This document shows positions 41,514-56,088 of a DNA stretch of 64,000 nucleotides, piece after piece. Numbering within the stretch: the stretch's first letter is position 1; the number at the start of each line of letters is the position of its first letter. The DNA lies in NCBI RefSeq assembly GCF_009914755.1, contig NC_060925.1; one strand, given 5' to 3'. Under the pieces are notes generated by a model. That model ran no database searches. It saw nothing but the letters and a program-made list of their open reading frames with translations, and had not been told where the DNA came from. The position numbers were made by a program, and so were the translations under genes. The stretch is from the human T2T-CHM13v2.0 reference genome, Homo sapiens.

Positions 41514-42102
41514 CTAAGGATCTTGAATAAGCAGAAAATAATTTAGGTAAAAGCCAAATAATAAACTAACATTCTGAAAGGTTTAGGATTTGGAGGCCCA
41601 AATGTCTTAGCTAAAAGTGTTCATTCTAACCTCACAGGAAAATTGAAATATGAAAATATACAGAAAAATCTTAGGCAGTATTTATCAATTTTAAGAAACA
41701 ACTATTTACAGGTTTTTCAATAGGCATTACATTAAAAACAAAATATATAGTTAATAAATATGAAAACTGTGGATATAATCAACACATTTATTTTACTTCT
41801 TGAAGTGTTAACATGTGCTGTCTCAAATATCAACAGTGTACACGTGAGAAAAAACATTTTACATAGATTTTCTGCGACAGAAAACAGCATCTCATTAGAC
41901 ATCCCAAGTTTTTTTCATTTGGAACACACACTCATTCCCCAGTATACTAGGGGTAATAATAATTTAGAGTTTAATTACTTTTTACTACTAGAAAACTAAT
42001 TTTATGTTTGGCACAAATTTCTGAAATGATATTCCACTGCAAAGAATAATACCTATATATGGCCAGAATTACTTTTTTTCTATAACATTAAGATAATACT
42101 TG

Positions 42103-42360
<258 letters not shown>

Positions 42361-43335
42361 TCAATCCCCATGCTTCTTCATTTGACCTTCCCTGACTCCC
42401 TGATGAATTTTAGTTTGAATTTTTGCTATAGTCCAGAAGTTAATTTAAAAGATCTTAAAATTTCCACCTGCCTAGATATTACTTATTTGTTACACTTTAG
42501 TCCATGATTTCTATTGTCATTTACATTACCCCAAAAATATGACCTGCTGAATTTCTGCTGTCATGAATTGACTAACATATTTTGGGCCTAAAACCTTTAC
42601 ATTTAGAATCTTTTTGTTTCGTATTGGAAAATATTGTAAGTCCTCCATTTATTGGTCAAAAGCACTGCCTATTTATTTCCATGCTTAATCAGAGAGACTT
42701 TCTAATAGTTATTTAATATTATTTACGTTCATTCACTTGTTGACTATAATGACGTTAGTTGCTATGATATTTTTAGGTCATTAATATAATAAAAATATGT
42801 CAACTTTTCTCTTCTGATGTGTCTTTGGGTTATTAATTTTTAACTCAGGTATCAAGCTTGTAAAATGTTTAATGGCTTATAATAATGTCTAACACATAGT
42901 ATCCACTGAGTTCTGATAACTCTGGTTTATCAAATTCTCTTTTTTTGTACCATTCTCCAAATGCAATGCTATTTGGTTTTATTTTTATTTTTTAAAAATG
43001 TGCTGCCTGTTTTGAGTCTCTAAAAGTGTGAAATGCTCAGCATTTCCCAAATGTATTTGAACATGGAGTGTTATATTTACTAAAAAGTTAACAAGCAAGT
43101 ATTCCCCTAAACACTCTAGCAAATACTACTAGTACAGACAAATTATGATGTAACATTATAGTACATTTTAACTTATTAGGTTAATTTTGGTTGCAAACAA
43201 TCAAAATTCAAAATGGCTTGTATAATAAAGAGATTTTGAACAATAGTATAGGCTCAAGATAGCTTAATGCAGAAGTTTAATAATGACACAAAATAAATGC
43301 TTCTTGTCCTCCCTGTTTCTTCACTCTACCTTAAG

Positions 43336-43700
43336 TGATATAGATTGAATGTTTGTAGTCCCCCAAAATTTGTATGTTTAAATCTAATCCCTAGTGTGAT
43401 GATATTTGGCAGTGGGTCTTCGGGGGGTGATTAGGTCATGAGGACAGAGCCCTCATGAATGGGATTAGTGCCCTTATAAAAGAGACCTTAGAGAACTTCC
43501 TTGCCCCTTCCTCCATGTGAGGACACAGCAAAAAGACAGCTGTCTGTGAACCAGGAAACAAATCCTCATTAGACCCTGAATCTGTTGACACCATGATCTT
43601 GGACTTCCTGGCCTCTAGAACTGTAAGAAATAAATTTATGTTGTTCATAAACCATCCAGGCTGTGATATTCTGGTATAGCGACCTGAAAGGACTAAGACA
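43336..43700 (+). mobile_element. MLT1A0-like MaLR solo LTR
   Basis: TGATATAGATTGAATGTTTGT...GGTGATTAGGTCATGAGGACAGAGCCCTCATGAATGGGATTAGTGCCCTTATAAAAGAG...GACTAAGACA. Confidence 0.9.
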
Positions 43701-46080
43701 TTAGGTCTCAGTTTTATTCTATGGCTTAAAATATCATGTCATGAGTAGACAACTTCCAATCCTAGTACCTCGTGCTTCCTCTGCTGCATTTGGAAAGAAG
43801 GCATTTCCCTCTTCAATCATGGAATGAAAAAGTTGTACTTCATTCTGATTTGATTAGCAGAAGGCACACGTTCCTTCCATGCACCAATTAAAATGACCAA
43901 GAATTGGGCATGGGACTCATGTCACTTAAACATTGTGAAGCTGAGAAATTCATTATTTGGTTAGGAGTGTGTGAGAGCAGGGAACACTGAATGCTTGAGA
44001 CACCACCACGATGTCCACTACATGTATTTCCATTTCAGTAAACATTTCCATTAAGATAATGCTAGAACAAAATCAGAGGAGTAGATCTTGGTGTCCCCAA
44101 CTTTTGTTGACCTAACAAAGTGAAGTTGCTTCAACTGGACACTTCTGAACCACATTTATGCCTATATGTTCAGTTCAAATTTATTATAAGCAATTTTCAG
44201 GTCCATATGTTTAGGATATTTCATTTGTTTGGTTATGCATTATATGTATACATGTTTTTAACATACATACGCCTCTACATATATTTTGGAGGCCTTTACA
44301 CAAAAGTGTTTTCCCTGAAGGGAGAAGAGAAAAGTTGAATGCAGAAGTAGAAAAAAAAAATTCATTTGCACTTGTAGTAGTTATATCTAAATATTTTATA
44401 TTACAGATGTATTAAAATTTTTATAATTTTAAACACTACTTTAAAACAGGGAGATGGTTTACCTTCAAAAAATTTGGCTCTCAACTCAAAGTTATCAAAG
44501 TATATCCTAGATGTAGTTTGCTTGTCAGGCTTCTACATGAAAATCTAAAATGCTCCTGCATTTCAGAATGAGCCTAACATATGTAATTGCACTCATCCAC
44601 TATGTCTACATTGCCAACCAAATACTGACAGAGAGAGCTAGAGTGCCACAGAGAGCTGGCAGTTCCTCTGTTTGCATTAGCTTCTACTTGCTTCTTCATC
44701 TTTCCTCTATGTCTGACACATTTCATGTTACTGTTTTTAAATGTTCCCTTAGCTACAGAGCTAATGTGCTTATATCTGTAAGGGGTCTCATGTGAACCTC
44801 TAAATAATTAAAGATTCATTAGCTCCCTGGAGGGCCACCATGATTTCCAAAACAAGTCACAATACCTAAAGATCTAATTGTACAATTTCCCTCAGAAATA
44901 GCCTTGAGAAAGAAGTCACATCACTCAGCAATGAGTATTATAATTACTCACAGCAGTTTTCATGGTACTATATAACATCCAATTTACAGAATTAAAGGTA
45001 ATGTAATTCAAAAGAAAAATAGCTGGTTTTAAGGAATGAAGGGCCATGTCAACTATTGGAAGCATCTTTGAACTGGAGCCTCTATGTTCGGGTTTCACCA
45101 GGTTTATGTTTTTAATTAATATCCGATTCAGCTTCCTGTAATTTCCATTGAGGTTTTCTAGAACAAGACAAGTCAGAAATTGATCTTTAATTATAAGCTA
45201 AGAGCAAACTGCCAAAGAACTGAGAGAAATTTTGAAGAAACAGGTCTATCAGGACTAACCATTTTAAGATAATAAAGACTAATCAGACACACACACATAT
45301 GCACAAAAAGAGGGAGAGAGAGAACAAAAATCCTATGAAATACATTTTAAAAACTTAATTTTTTTAAGAAGAAGCATTTGATCTGCCAAAGAGAAGAGTT
45401 AGCAGTTTGGAGATCTGACATTGCTAATCTCAGGGCAAGAAAATAACAAAATAAGACACCAAAGAATTACCTAAACTGTGGAAGATGAAGCTTTCAGAGT
45501 TCTCACAGAGAAATGGGATACTAAAGTACCAAGTTTAAGAGGTGTAATCTATTAATGTTTAATTTATGTCCCAAATACTTAAAAACTATGTTTCATTGTT
45601 ATACATATTTATTTTATTATAAAGATAATGAATGCAGTAGGGTTAGATTTAAATAATTCATTGGGTTTAAAATGAGAAATGAAAGTCTGGCTTTTTACAA
45701 CCTACAGTCTTATCACCAAAGTTAGCTATTGTTAATAACTTCTTGTCCATTCTTGTATGTGTTATGGTTTCTTTCTTAGAAAGAAGTATGCTATACTAGT
45801 ATACATGCTATTTATTCATGAACCTTGCACTTATCATGTAATCATATGTCTTAGTGGTCTTTTCATAATAGATGTCTCTCTTTCCCACGCTGTCAGTGGT
45901 GATTGCATGAGGCATTGTACAGACGTACCAATAATTACTTACTCTGTGTCATATTGTTGGTTATTCAGATTGTTTTCACTTTGCCCTTGCAGACAACACT
46001 GCAACGAACATCCTTATGCATATCTTATTCCAAATACATCATCGTGATGGCTGTGTGAGAGAAATATACATTGTTGATTT

Positions 46081-46538
46081 TATTTTTTTATTTTTTATAA
46101 TTTCAACTTTTGATTTTAGATACAGTGGGTACATGTGCAGGTTTGTTACATGGGTATGTTGTGTAATGCTGAGGTTTGCAGCATGATTGATCCGATCACT
46201 CAGGTACTAGGCATAGTAGTTGTTTTTCAACCTTTACCCCCTCCCTCCTTCTACCCTCGAGTAGTCCCCAGTTTCTATTGTTCCCATCTTTGTGTCCACG
46301 TGTACTCAATGTTTAGCTCCTGCTTATAAGTGAGAATATGTGGTATTTGGTTTTCTATTCCTGTGTTAATTCGCTTAGCATAATGGCATCGAGTTGCATC
46401 CACGTTGCTGTAAAGGACATGATTTTATTCTTTTTTATGGCTGCAAAGTATTCCATGACATATATGTACCATATTTTCTTTATCCAATCCACAGTTGATG
46501 GGCACCTAGGTTGATTCCATGTCTTAGCGATTGTGAAT
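46081..46538 (-). mobile_element. Older L1PA/L1PB 3'-end fragment
   Basis: GGGTACATGTGCAGGTTTGTTACATGGGTA...CTTATAAGTGAGAATATGTGGTATTTGG; imperfect TSD TACA(T/C)TG(T/C)TGATTTTA. Confidence 0.9.
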
Positions 46539-46890
46539 TACACTGCTGATTTTAATAGAAACCACTAATTTTTATGCCAAAAAAATCATCAATGTGCACA
46601 TGCTCCAAGGCTGTGTGAGCATAGCCCTTTTCCTTGGGATGTCAACAACACTGGGTTTTATCAAAATATAATTTTTGCCAATTTATTAGTTAACAAATGC
46701 TAACTCAGTGCTATTTGGATTTGAACTACCACTGGTGCTGAGCAACTTTTTACATAGTCACTGGCAATTTATTTATCTTTCTCTGTTGTTTATCTTTTTC
46801 TGTGTAATAATTTTCCCTATCTTCTACTCTTTTAAACATTAAGTTTTCACTGTTTTCTTAATAATTTTTAAGTTTAAAAAGTGACCTTTT

Positions 46891-47219
<329 letters not shown>

Positions 47220-47814
47220 TCAATTCGTTTATCTTTTAACAATGGTAATATATAATGTCTTGCTATTTAGAAAGATTTTTAAAAGTATTTTACATAAAGA
47301 AATTTTTATTCTTTGCCATTAATACTTGCAGGTTTGGAATTTTCAGGACCTCCTCAAAGGCCACCTACAGGAAATGCTCTTCAAAGACATTTCACTTTTT
47401 CCCCACTTGATTGTGGAGCAAAGACTAACACTGGCAATGCTTTGAAGTACTTGAGTCAAATGGGTCTCTCATGTGGTCATTACTATACTCACTCTCAGGC
47501 TCCAATGCAAATTGTTTCCTTACGCCAACTACTCTTGCTTTCCTTTAATAGACCTATTCCTCCTGGGCTGTCTGAAACTAACATTTCATTGTAAATAAAG
47601 TCCTGCAAATCCTTGGTATCTCAAAGAACCCTCCTTCCATTTAGTTTTAGGAGAACTCTCCTTCTAAAACTCTATTCTTCTCCCTGGAGTCCAGATCCCC
47701 ATTCCTTGCAACAAATGAACGCTTGATTTGAGCACTGAAGGGAGATAATTGGAAGTTTGACTTTGTGTTCTAGGTTTTCCCTGCCAATATATGCAGCGTC
47801 TTTAAAACTAATTG

Positions 47815-47946
47815 GGCTGAGGCAGGAGAACTGCTTGAACCCAGGAGGAGGAGGTTGCAGTGAGCCGAAATTGCACCATTGAACTCCAGCCTGGGTGATA
47901 GAGCAAGGCTCCATCTCAAAAAAAAAAAAAAAAAAACAGCAAAAAG
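47815..47946 (+). mobile_element. 5'-truncated Alu fragment
   Basis: GGCTGAGGCAGGAGAACTGCTTGAACCC...poly-A; AAACTAATT on both flanks. Confidence 0.9.
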
Positions 47947-48099
47947 AAACTAATTAGGTTCAAGAAGTTCGAATGAATTCAACTTAGACAAGCTCTTAAG
48001 CAGACATGTTGGAAGTTCCAGAAAAGACAGTTTGGGAAAATATTTTATTAAAAAAAAAAAAAGACTGCCCTCCACTTCCTCACTCTTTCTTCCCACTTA

Positions 48100-48750
48100 T
48101 TTTCACTCCACTGGTGCAGTTTGGTGTCAACTCTCCTCACTCTACTGAAACTGCTGCAGCCGAGGTTACTAGTTATTTAATTAACAAAAGCAATAGATTT
48201 TGTTTTTTTTAATTGCATTATACTCTACTATTTTGTGACATTTAAACTATTGACAATGTCTTTCTTGAAAATGTGTCCTTTTTGTTTTTTTCAAAACACG
48301 ACTTTCTCCTTGATGTCCTCCTTTTTCTCTCATTATTTCACCTTTACATTCTCTGCTGACACCTTTCACCTTACCAAACCTTAATTAAATGTGTATGCTT
48401 CCCAGTCTCCCATTCTTGGCTCTCTTCCCTTCCCTCTTATTGATCATTATTGTATTCTGTGATCTCACCAGTTCTCTTGGCTTTAACAATAACCAGATGA
48501 CTCCAGAAAACTATTCAAAATTCCGGACCTATGGAGACTTTGCACCCAGATATGTACCAACAACTCAACCTCAGTTATCTCTAATATTATCTCATTAAGT
48601 GCCCTCTAACTACAGAATGACTCCTCCTTCTGGGTTTCCTCTGCCTGAATGGCACCACCATTCAGTGGCCCATGACAAATTTGGACCTCATTTGGAACTT
48701 CTCCCTTTCCCTCATGTTTCATTTTCTCTTGGCTAAAGAGTTATTAGATT
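48100..48750 (+). mobile_element. L2 LINE fragment
   Basis: ORF 48006 contains PHSTETAAAEVTSYL, resembling the L2/CR1 RT motif HSTETAL.KVTNDL; pyrimidine-rich L2-like sequence follows. Confidence 0.65.
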
Positions 48751-48879
48751 CTTCATTTTTAGCTTTTCTCTAGCCTATCTTCAATTTTATAGTGGACAGT
48801 TATGTATATCCTATATCCCAGGAGAGAAGGGATATCTTCTTCTATGCCCATACTATGAACTAGCATATCCTTTGAGTCC

Positions 48880-49095
48880 TTTCTTTGTATGAAGCACTGG
48901 GGAAATTTAATCAACTTCATAATCACTTATAATCCTCACAGTAATTTTATGAGATAAGTTCTATTTATTATCCCTATCTTAAGGATGAGGAAACTGTGGT
49001 TTAAAGAGCTTAAGTAATTTGGGCAAATCATGAAAGAAGCAGTGAAGACAGAATTCAAATCTAGGCAACCTGAAATCTGAGCCTGAGCACTTTGC
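48880..49095 (-). mobile_element. MIR
   Basis: TAATCCTCACAGTAATTTTATGAGATAAG...GATGAGGAAACTGTGGTTTAAAGAGCTTAAGTAATTTG core. Confidence 0.8.
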
Positions 49096-49386
49096 CTCCC
49101 TAATAACTATCTCCCTTTGAGAGTTGTATTACAAAGTTGACAACATTTAGCAACCCTTATTCCCCTCCCCACCCCTATCTCTCTCCAAGAAATCTGCTGT
49201 GAGGTAGAGAATGTGTTGATTTTCTCTGCAGTTTTTAGTGCATAGCATAGGGCTTAGAAAGGAGAAAATGATGAAAAATATTTATTAAAATAATTGTTTT
49301 TCTTTGATAGTTGTTATAACCATCGAATTGTGAGTGCTTAACAATTACTATAAAGGAGAATGGAAATCACAGATCTTTTCACAGAA

Positions 49387-49679
49387 TTTTTTTTTTTTTT
49401 TTTGAGACAGAGTCCAGCTTGTCACCCAGGCTGGAGTGCAGTGGTGCGATCTCAGCTCACTGCAACCTCCACCTCCTGGGTTTAATCACTTGCCTTGGCC
49501 TCCTGAGTAGCTGAGATTACAGGTGTGCACCACCATGCCTGGCTAATTTTTGTATTTTTGGTAGAGATGGGGTTTCACCACATTGGCCAGGCTGGTCTCA
49601 AACTCCTGACCTCCAGTGATCCACCCATCTCAGACTCCCAAAGAGCTGGGATTATAGGCTTGAACCACCGTGCTGGGCC
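49387..49679 (-). mobile_element. AluS with a small internal deletion
   Basis: Antisense Alu. Confidence 0.92.
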
Positions 49680-50380
49680 TTTCTTAGAGAATTTATAGTT
49701 TACCTGGAAATGTAAACTATATATATACTTAAACTGAGGGATATTTACAAAAGAGCTTTCTACTTAACCCACAAGAAGCTGTATTAATAACAAAGCAAAT
49801 CAAGCTTGTTCACAGGCAACTGAATGGAATGAATGGTTTTGATTGGTGTTGCCAGTTATATTTCTAACAAGAGAAAATTCAATGTGAGCCTCATTTGGAA
49901 ACAAGATATTACAGAGAGGAAAATTTGGGATTAAGGTCAGATTTGGTGCAACTATGCTAGATACAGAAAAGGCAAACTTTCAGCTCAATCCCCAGCTAAG
50001 TACAAGTTCAATGGTGAAGGCATAAGAAAATGAGCCATTATAATAAGTCTGAAATAAGTTTATGATTCCACCTCAATATGGGCATGCAATATATTCTAAC
50101 ATTTAATCCCTGGAAAAAATGATGACATCACACTGAAATCTTGACTCATAAGAGAACTTTTTTATGCTGTTCCCTAAGTCAGTTTATTTCTACTTCATTC
50201 TTGCGTTAAGGGTAGGCTCAATTCTTACTCATTCAAAAACGGTATCACCTGAAGCTTTTCTTTAATTCTTGTTTTCTCTGCAGTGAGAAAATTAATCAAG
50301 GGGTTAAAATGTATATTAAATTATATATGTATTATATGTAAAAGTTATATAATATAGATCAGAGAAGAATATATTGCATA

Positions 50381-50785
50381 TGTTATAGGCTGAATTGTGT
50401 CCTTTCCCCAAATTAATATGCTGTACCCTGCCCCCTGCCATCCCAGTATATCAGAAGGTGGCTATATTTGGAGATAGAGACTTTTAAGAGGTAACTAATG
50501 TAAAATGAGGTCACATGTCTGGGTCCTAATCCAATATCACTGGTGTCCTTATTTGAAGAGGAAATTTAGGTACAGACATACATGTGCACAGAAAAAAGTC
50601 CATGAGAAGACAAGATGAGAAAATGACTATCTAAAAGCCAAGGAGAGAAATTTCAGAATAAAATTAACACATCTGATGCCTTGACCTCACACTTCTAGCC
50701 TCCAGAACCGTGAGAAAATAAATTTCTGTTGTTTAACTCACCCAGTCTGCAGTAATTGTTATAACAACCCTAGCAAAGTAATATA
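50381..50785 (+). mobile_element. MLT1B-like MaLR solo LTR
   Basis: TGTTATAGGCTGAATTGTGTCC...TATTTGGAGATAG...CCTAATCCAATATCACTGGTGTCCTTAT...CTTCTAGCCTCCAGAACCGTGAGAAAATAAATTTCTGTTG. Confidence 0.85.
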
Positions 50786-50790
50786 GGAAG

Positions 50791-50838
50791 TATATATATA
50801 TATATATACACACATACATATATATATATACACATATT

Positions 50839-50890
<52 letters not shown>
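50791..50890. repeat. Compound (TA)n/(CA)n/(TG)n/(TA)n microsatellite
   Basis: Seen directly. Confidence 0.95.
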
Positions 50891-50916
50891 ATAGAGTAGA
50901 TAGATAGAGACATATA

Positions 50917-51152
50917 CAGTCATCCCTCAGTATTAGTGGGGTATTGCATTCAGGAGCCCTGCATATAAGGAAGTCTGCACATACTCAGGTCCCACAGTCA
51001 ACCTTGCAGAGCTCGCATATGAAAAGTTGGCCCTCAACATATGTGGGTTTCACGTCCCACAAATACTATATTTTCAATCTGTATTTGGCTGAAAAAATCC
51101 ACCTATAAGTGGACTCACACAGTTTAAACCAGTGTTATTCAAAGGTCAACTG
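50917..51152. mobile_element. MER8 (Tigger-family MITE)
   Basis: 236 bp; starts CAGTCATCCCTCAGTAT after TA and ends TTCAAAGGTCAACTG. Confidence 0.8.
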
Positions 51153-51490
51153 TTGATATATAGATATATAAATATCTCATATGTATAGAGCAAGCGAGAG
51201 AAAAAATCTCTAATCTCTCTTCCTTCCTGCTCTTTTTGGATTGCAAACTCTTCTCTCATAAGTACAAAAAGTAATGTTAACAAAGTAAAGAGAATTGGAA
51301 ATAGTAGTGTTTTTGACCACTAGTGTTTTGTAATTTTGGAAAAAAGAATTACTGAAATGTAACTTTTTATTTATATTGAGATGTTTTGACTCATACTCCA
51401 ATCATACAGAAATAATAGATAAAATATGAAAAAGACTTCTTTTTACATACATAGCTGGATTAAAATATTAGAAATAATTTTCTTCCCTCA

Positions 51491-52745
51491 AAGGATCCCC
51501 TATTTAATAAACGGTGCTGGGAAAACTGGCTAGCCATATGTAGAAAGCTGAAACTGGATCCCTTTCTTACACCATACACAAAAATTAACTCAAGATGGAT
51601 TAAAGACTTAAATGAAAGACCTAACACCATAAAAAACCCTAGAAGAAAACCTAGGCAATACCATTCAAGACATAGGCACGGGCAAAGACTTCACGACCAG
51701 AACACCAAAAGCAATGGCAACAAAAGCTAAAATAGACAAATGCGATCTAATTAAACTAAAGAGCTTCTGCACAGCAAAAGAAACTCTCATCAAAGTGAAC
51801 AGGCAATCTAAAAAATAGGAGAAAAGTTTTGCAATATACCCATCTAACCAAGGGGTAATATCCAGAATCTACAAAGAACTTCAACAAATTTACAAGAAAA
51901 AAGCAACCCCATCAAAAAGTGGGCAAAGAATATGAACAGACACTTCTCAAAAGAAGACATTTATGCAGCCAACAGACACATAAAAAATGCTCATCATCTC
52001 TGGTCATCAGAGAAATGCATATCAAAACCACAATGAGATACCATCACATGCCAGTTAGAATGATGATCATTAAAAAGTCAGGAAACAACAGATACTGGAG
52101 AGGATGTGGAGAAATAGGAATGCTTTTACACTGCTGGTGGGAGCGTAAATTAGTTCAACCATTGTGGAAAGCAGTGTGGCGATTCCTCAAGGATCTAGAA
52201 CTAGAAATACCATTTGACCCAGCGATCCCATTACTGGGTGTATATCCAAAGGATTATACATCATGCTACTATAAAGATGTATACATGCACACGTATGTTA
52301 ATTGTGGTGTTATTCACAATAGCAAAGACTTGGAACCAACTCAAATGTCCATCAATGATAGATTGGATTAAAAAATGTGGCACATATGTGCCATGGAATA
52401 CTATGAAGCCATAAAAAAGGATAAGTTCATGTCCTTTGCAAGGACATGGATGAAGCTGGAAACCATCATTCTCAGCAAACTATCACAAGGACAGAAAACC
52501 AAACACCGCATGTTCTCACTCACAGATGGGAGTTGAACAATGAGAATGCATGGACACAGGGTGGGGAACATCACACACTGGGGCCTGTCAGGGGGTGGGG
52601 GGCTGGGGGACAGATAGCATCAGGAGAAATACCTAATGTAAATGACAAGTTGATGGGTACAGCAAACCAACATGGCACATGTATACCTATGTAACAAACC
52701 TGCATGTGATGCACACGTACCCTAGAACTTAAGATTAAAAAAAAA
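51491..52745 (+). mobile_element. 5'-truncated L1PA (about 1.25 kb), disrupted ORF2 C-terminus plus 3' UTR
   Basis: L1 ORF2 peptides ([31 protein letters not shown]); TSD TTTCTTCCCTCA at 51479-51490 and 52748-52759. Confidence 0.97.
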
Positions 52746-53099
52746 CATTTCTTCCCTCATGAGGTACAAAGCCAAGCATTACACTGGGGCCATGATAGTC
52801 CAGGTTGCTGAAAGATTTAGATCTAAAGACTGAAAATTGGGATATATATTGAGAGAGAGAGAGAGAGAGAACAAATGGTAACCTAAATTTAATAAAATAA
52901 TAATAGACAAATTAGGGTAACAGGCATATGAGTACTTTTTGTTCTAACAATTCTTTTATTTTCAAACTTATCTATGATCTTACATTTATTTCCCAATAAA
53001 AAGGATTTTAAGTTAAAAAAAGAAAGTTTTTCTTTAGTAACATTTTCACAACTAGGGCCTTTAAGACTGAGGAAATACTCCAAGCTCTGAGCAAACTCA

Positions 53100-53400
53100 G
53101 TAAGTATAAATCCATATGTAGACATACCACAGTAAAATGCAAGATACTAAACACTAATACAATATTTTCAAATCAACCAGAGACGGAAGGCAGATTACCT
53201 GCAAAGGAAGGACAATTACTTTATCACAGACTTCTCTTCATCAACGAGAACAGACAATACAGGAATAACATCTCCCAAGTTGTGAGGGAGACTAACAGAT
53301 GACATGAAATTCTACGACCAAATAAAGCATAATTCAATGGGCAGCAGTTAACAGAATTAAGCTGTTTCCAGACATCTATGGAGAGATTTAACTCAAAGAT
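53100..53400 (+). mobile_element. Ancient L1M ORF1 fragment
   Basis: CCAGAGACGGAAGGCAGATTACCTGCAAAGGA...ACAGACTTCTC resembles ORF1 AREKRQITYKG...TADFS. Confidence 0.55.
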
Positions 53401-53797
53401 GTCACTGTAAATTTGATTGTTGAGATGTAGTAATGGATACTTGGCAAGGTTATTGAATTAGTTAAACGATCTTCAAAGCTTAGGTCATGTATCTTCATTA
53501 AACACATGGTGCTTTGCATTTACTAAAGAAGGGCCTCCGTTTTCTCTCCAAATAAATCATTGCGACCTTAGCACCCCAAGTGTAAAAACCTCTTTTATTT
53601 CTATTCTTGATCTCTAGTCCCTGCTTATGTGTATGCATAAATGCATGACACCGTGCTTCTCTTTTAGTTATTTATTTCTAGAGATCATGTCTTTGAAAAT
53701 CATTATATTCCCAGCAACTATTTAGAGTGGTACTAAGCTAACTTGGTTTATGGTGTCAACCGCATAGCAGTTATTTGATTGGCCCATTCCTTTATAA

Positions 53798-54194
<397 letters not shown>

Positions 54195-54566
54195 TACAAA
54201 TGTTACCATTAACTCCTCCTTCTGCTAAGAAATAAACCAAAATAAAATTATTCACAAATATAACTGTTTTGATCATGCTTTCAGATGATATGTAAAGTAG
54301 CCCACAGAAGGTAAATAATATTCAGGGGAAATAAATTATTACTTAAGAGTGGGTGCTGAGAAAAAGAAATGTGTGAAGTGTGAGGTAGGAAGTATGTGAG
54401 AAAAGCTAGGGCACAGTTGTGTCTTATATTTTTGTTAAAATCTGCCTGTTAAGACTTCCTGATTGGGTAATGGGAATGATACAGTAAAATACTCTTCCTC
54501 AGAGTGTCTGACACCACTGTGATAATTTACTACATAAAAGTACAAGTTACATTATATAAAAAGAAT

Positions 54567-54884
<318 letters not shown>

Positions 54885-55115
54885 CTAGATGAGGGTTACA
54901 CAATGTGGATCTAAAAGCAACAGGGAAAGGAAAAGGATTTGGGCCTAGAATGTGGGGAATTTTAGATGCTGCAGAAAGCCTTCTGGTGTCTTTCTAGAAT
55001 GGCTGGATTTTGGTTAAGGCAAAGAAGAAGTAACTTTTCATGGAGAACAGTAGCATACAGGAGTGCGGATGGTTTGATCATTTAAGGCAGGGATGTGAGG
55101 TTTGATGGAATATGT

Positions 55116-56088
55116 TGATAACAAAGATTCTTTGCTTGGCCAACTTTAGTCAGGCTTCTAAATCTTCAGCTAGGCTAAACTGTGCACTTCCTCGCAAAAT
55201 CCAGCATTAGCAAAGAACACTGCCAAGTTTACCAAAGAACCCCTCATTCTCAATATCTGATCAGGTTCTTCATTCTTCACCATTCTGCAGGTGATGTCTG
55301 ATCACCCTGGCCAGTCTTCAGCAAGAATTCTTTCAGGGCGGTTTAGCCAGAATCTCCCTTACTCCTGATGTTTCCTCTTAGTGATTTTCCATTCACTGAC
55401 CCCTGCATTGCTCCTGGGCTATAAATTCCCACTTCCCCATGCTGTATTCAGAGTTAAGCCCATCTCTCTCCCCAGCTCCAAGACTGTGTTGCAGTGGTTC
55501 CTATATCTATGGTGATGGTCTTGAATAAAGTCTTCTTTACTGTGCATTTGAAGTATCACTGAATAATTTTTTATTTAACAACTATGGTGTTGAAACTCAA
55601 CTAGGACAGATTCATCACTGGATCCTGGGCCTCTCACTCAGAACCCTAAATGCATGCCTTTGAAGTCTTTGTTGTCATTTCTGACTGATTAGGGATCCGT
55701 TGGTGAATCAGATTCCTGAGCCATTGTTCCAGACAAAAGCCCGTTGATGGCTAAGGACAGATTTTGAATCTGAAGGGATGAATATTCTCTCTGAAGCTGG
55801 AGTAGAGTCGCAGGCTTCTTTTGAAAGCAATCCTCTGGGCAGGAAGGTCTTCGTGTGGGCTTCTTGTTCTGAGTGGTCTATTCTCTGAGTCCCTAGGCTA
55901 GAAGTCTCTTCTTTCTGGCTCTCTTTTTCTGAGTGAGGGGTTATTCCCTGATTCCCTGGGCTACAAATTGTTCTTCCTGGCTCTCTATAAAACCACTCTG
56001 CTCTTTCTCTTCTCTCTATTGGATCCTGCTTCTCCCATGGGAGCTCTGTCACCTGAAACCCCTCTTCTCAAGTCTCTGCTGACTATTT
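55116..56088 (+). mobile_element. MER31A-like ERV1 5' LTR (about 55116-55580) plus the start of its internal region, abruptly truncated
   Basis: ACAAAGATTCTTTGCTTGGCCAACTTTAGTCAGGCTTC...CTATAAATTCCCAC...AATAAAGTC...TTTAACA, then a PBS-like TGGTGTTGAAAC and MER4-group internal leader sequence. Confidence 0.7.
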
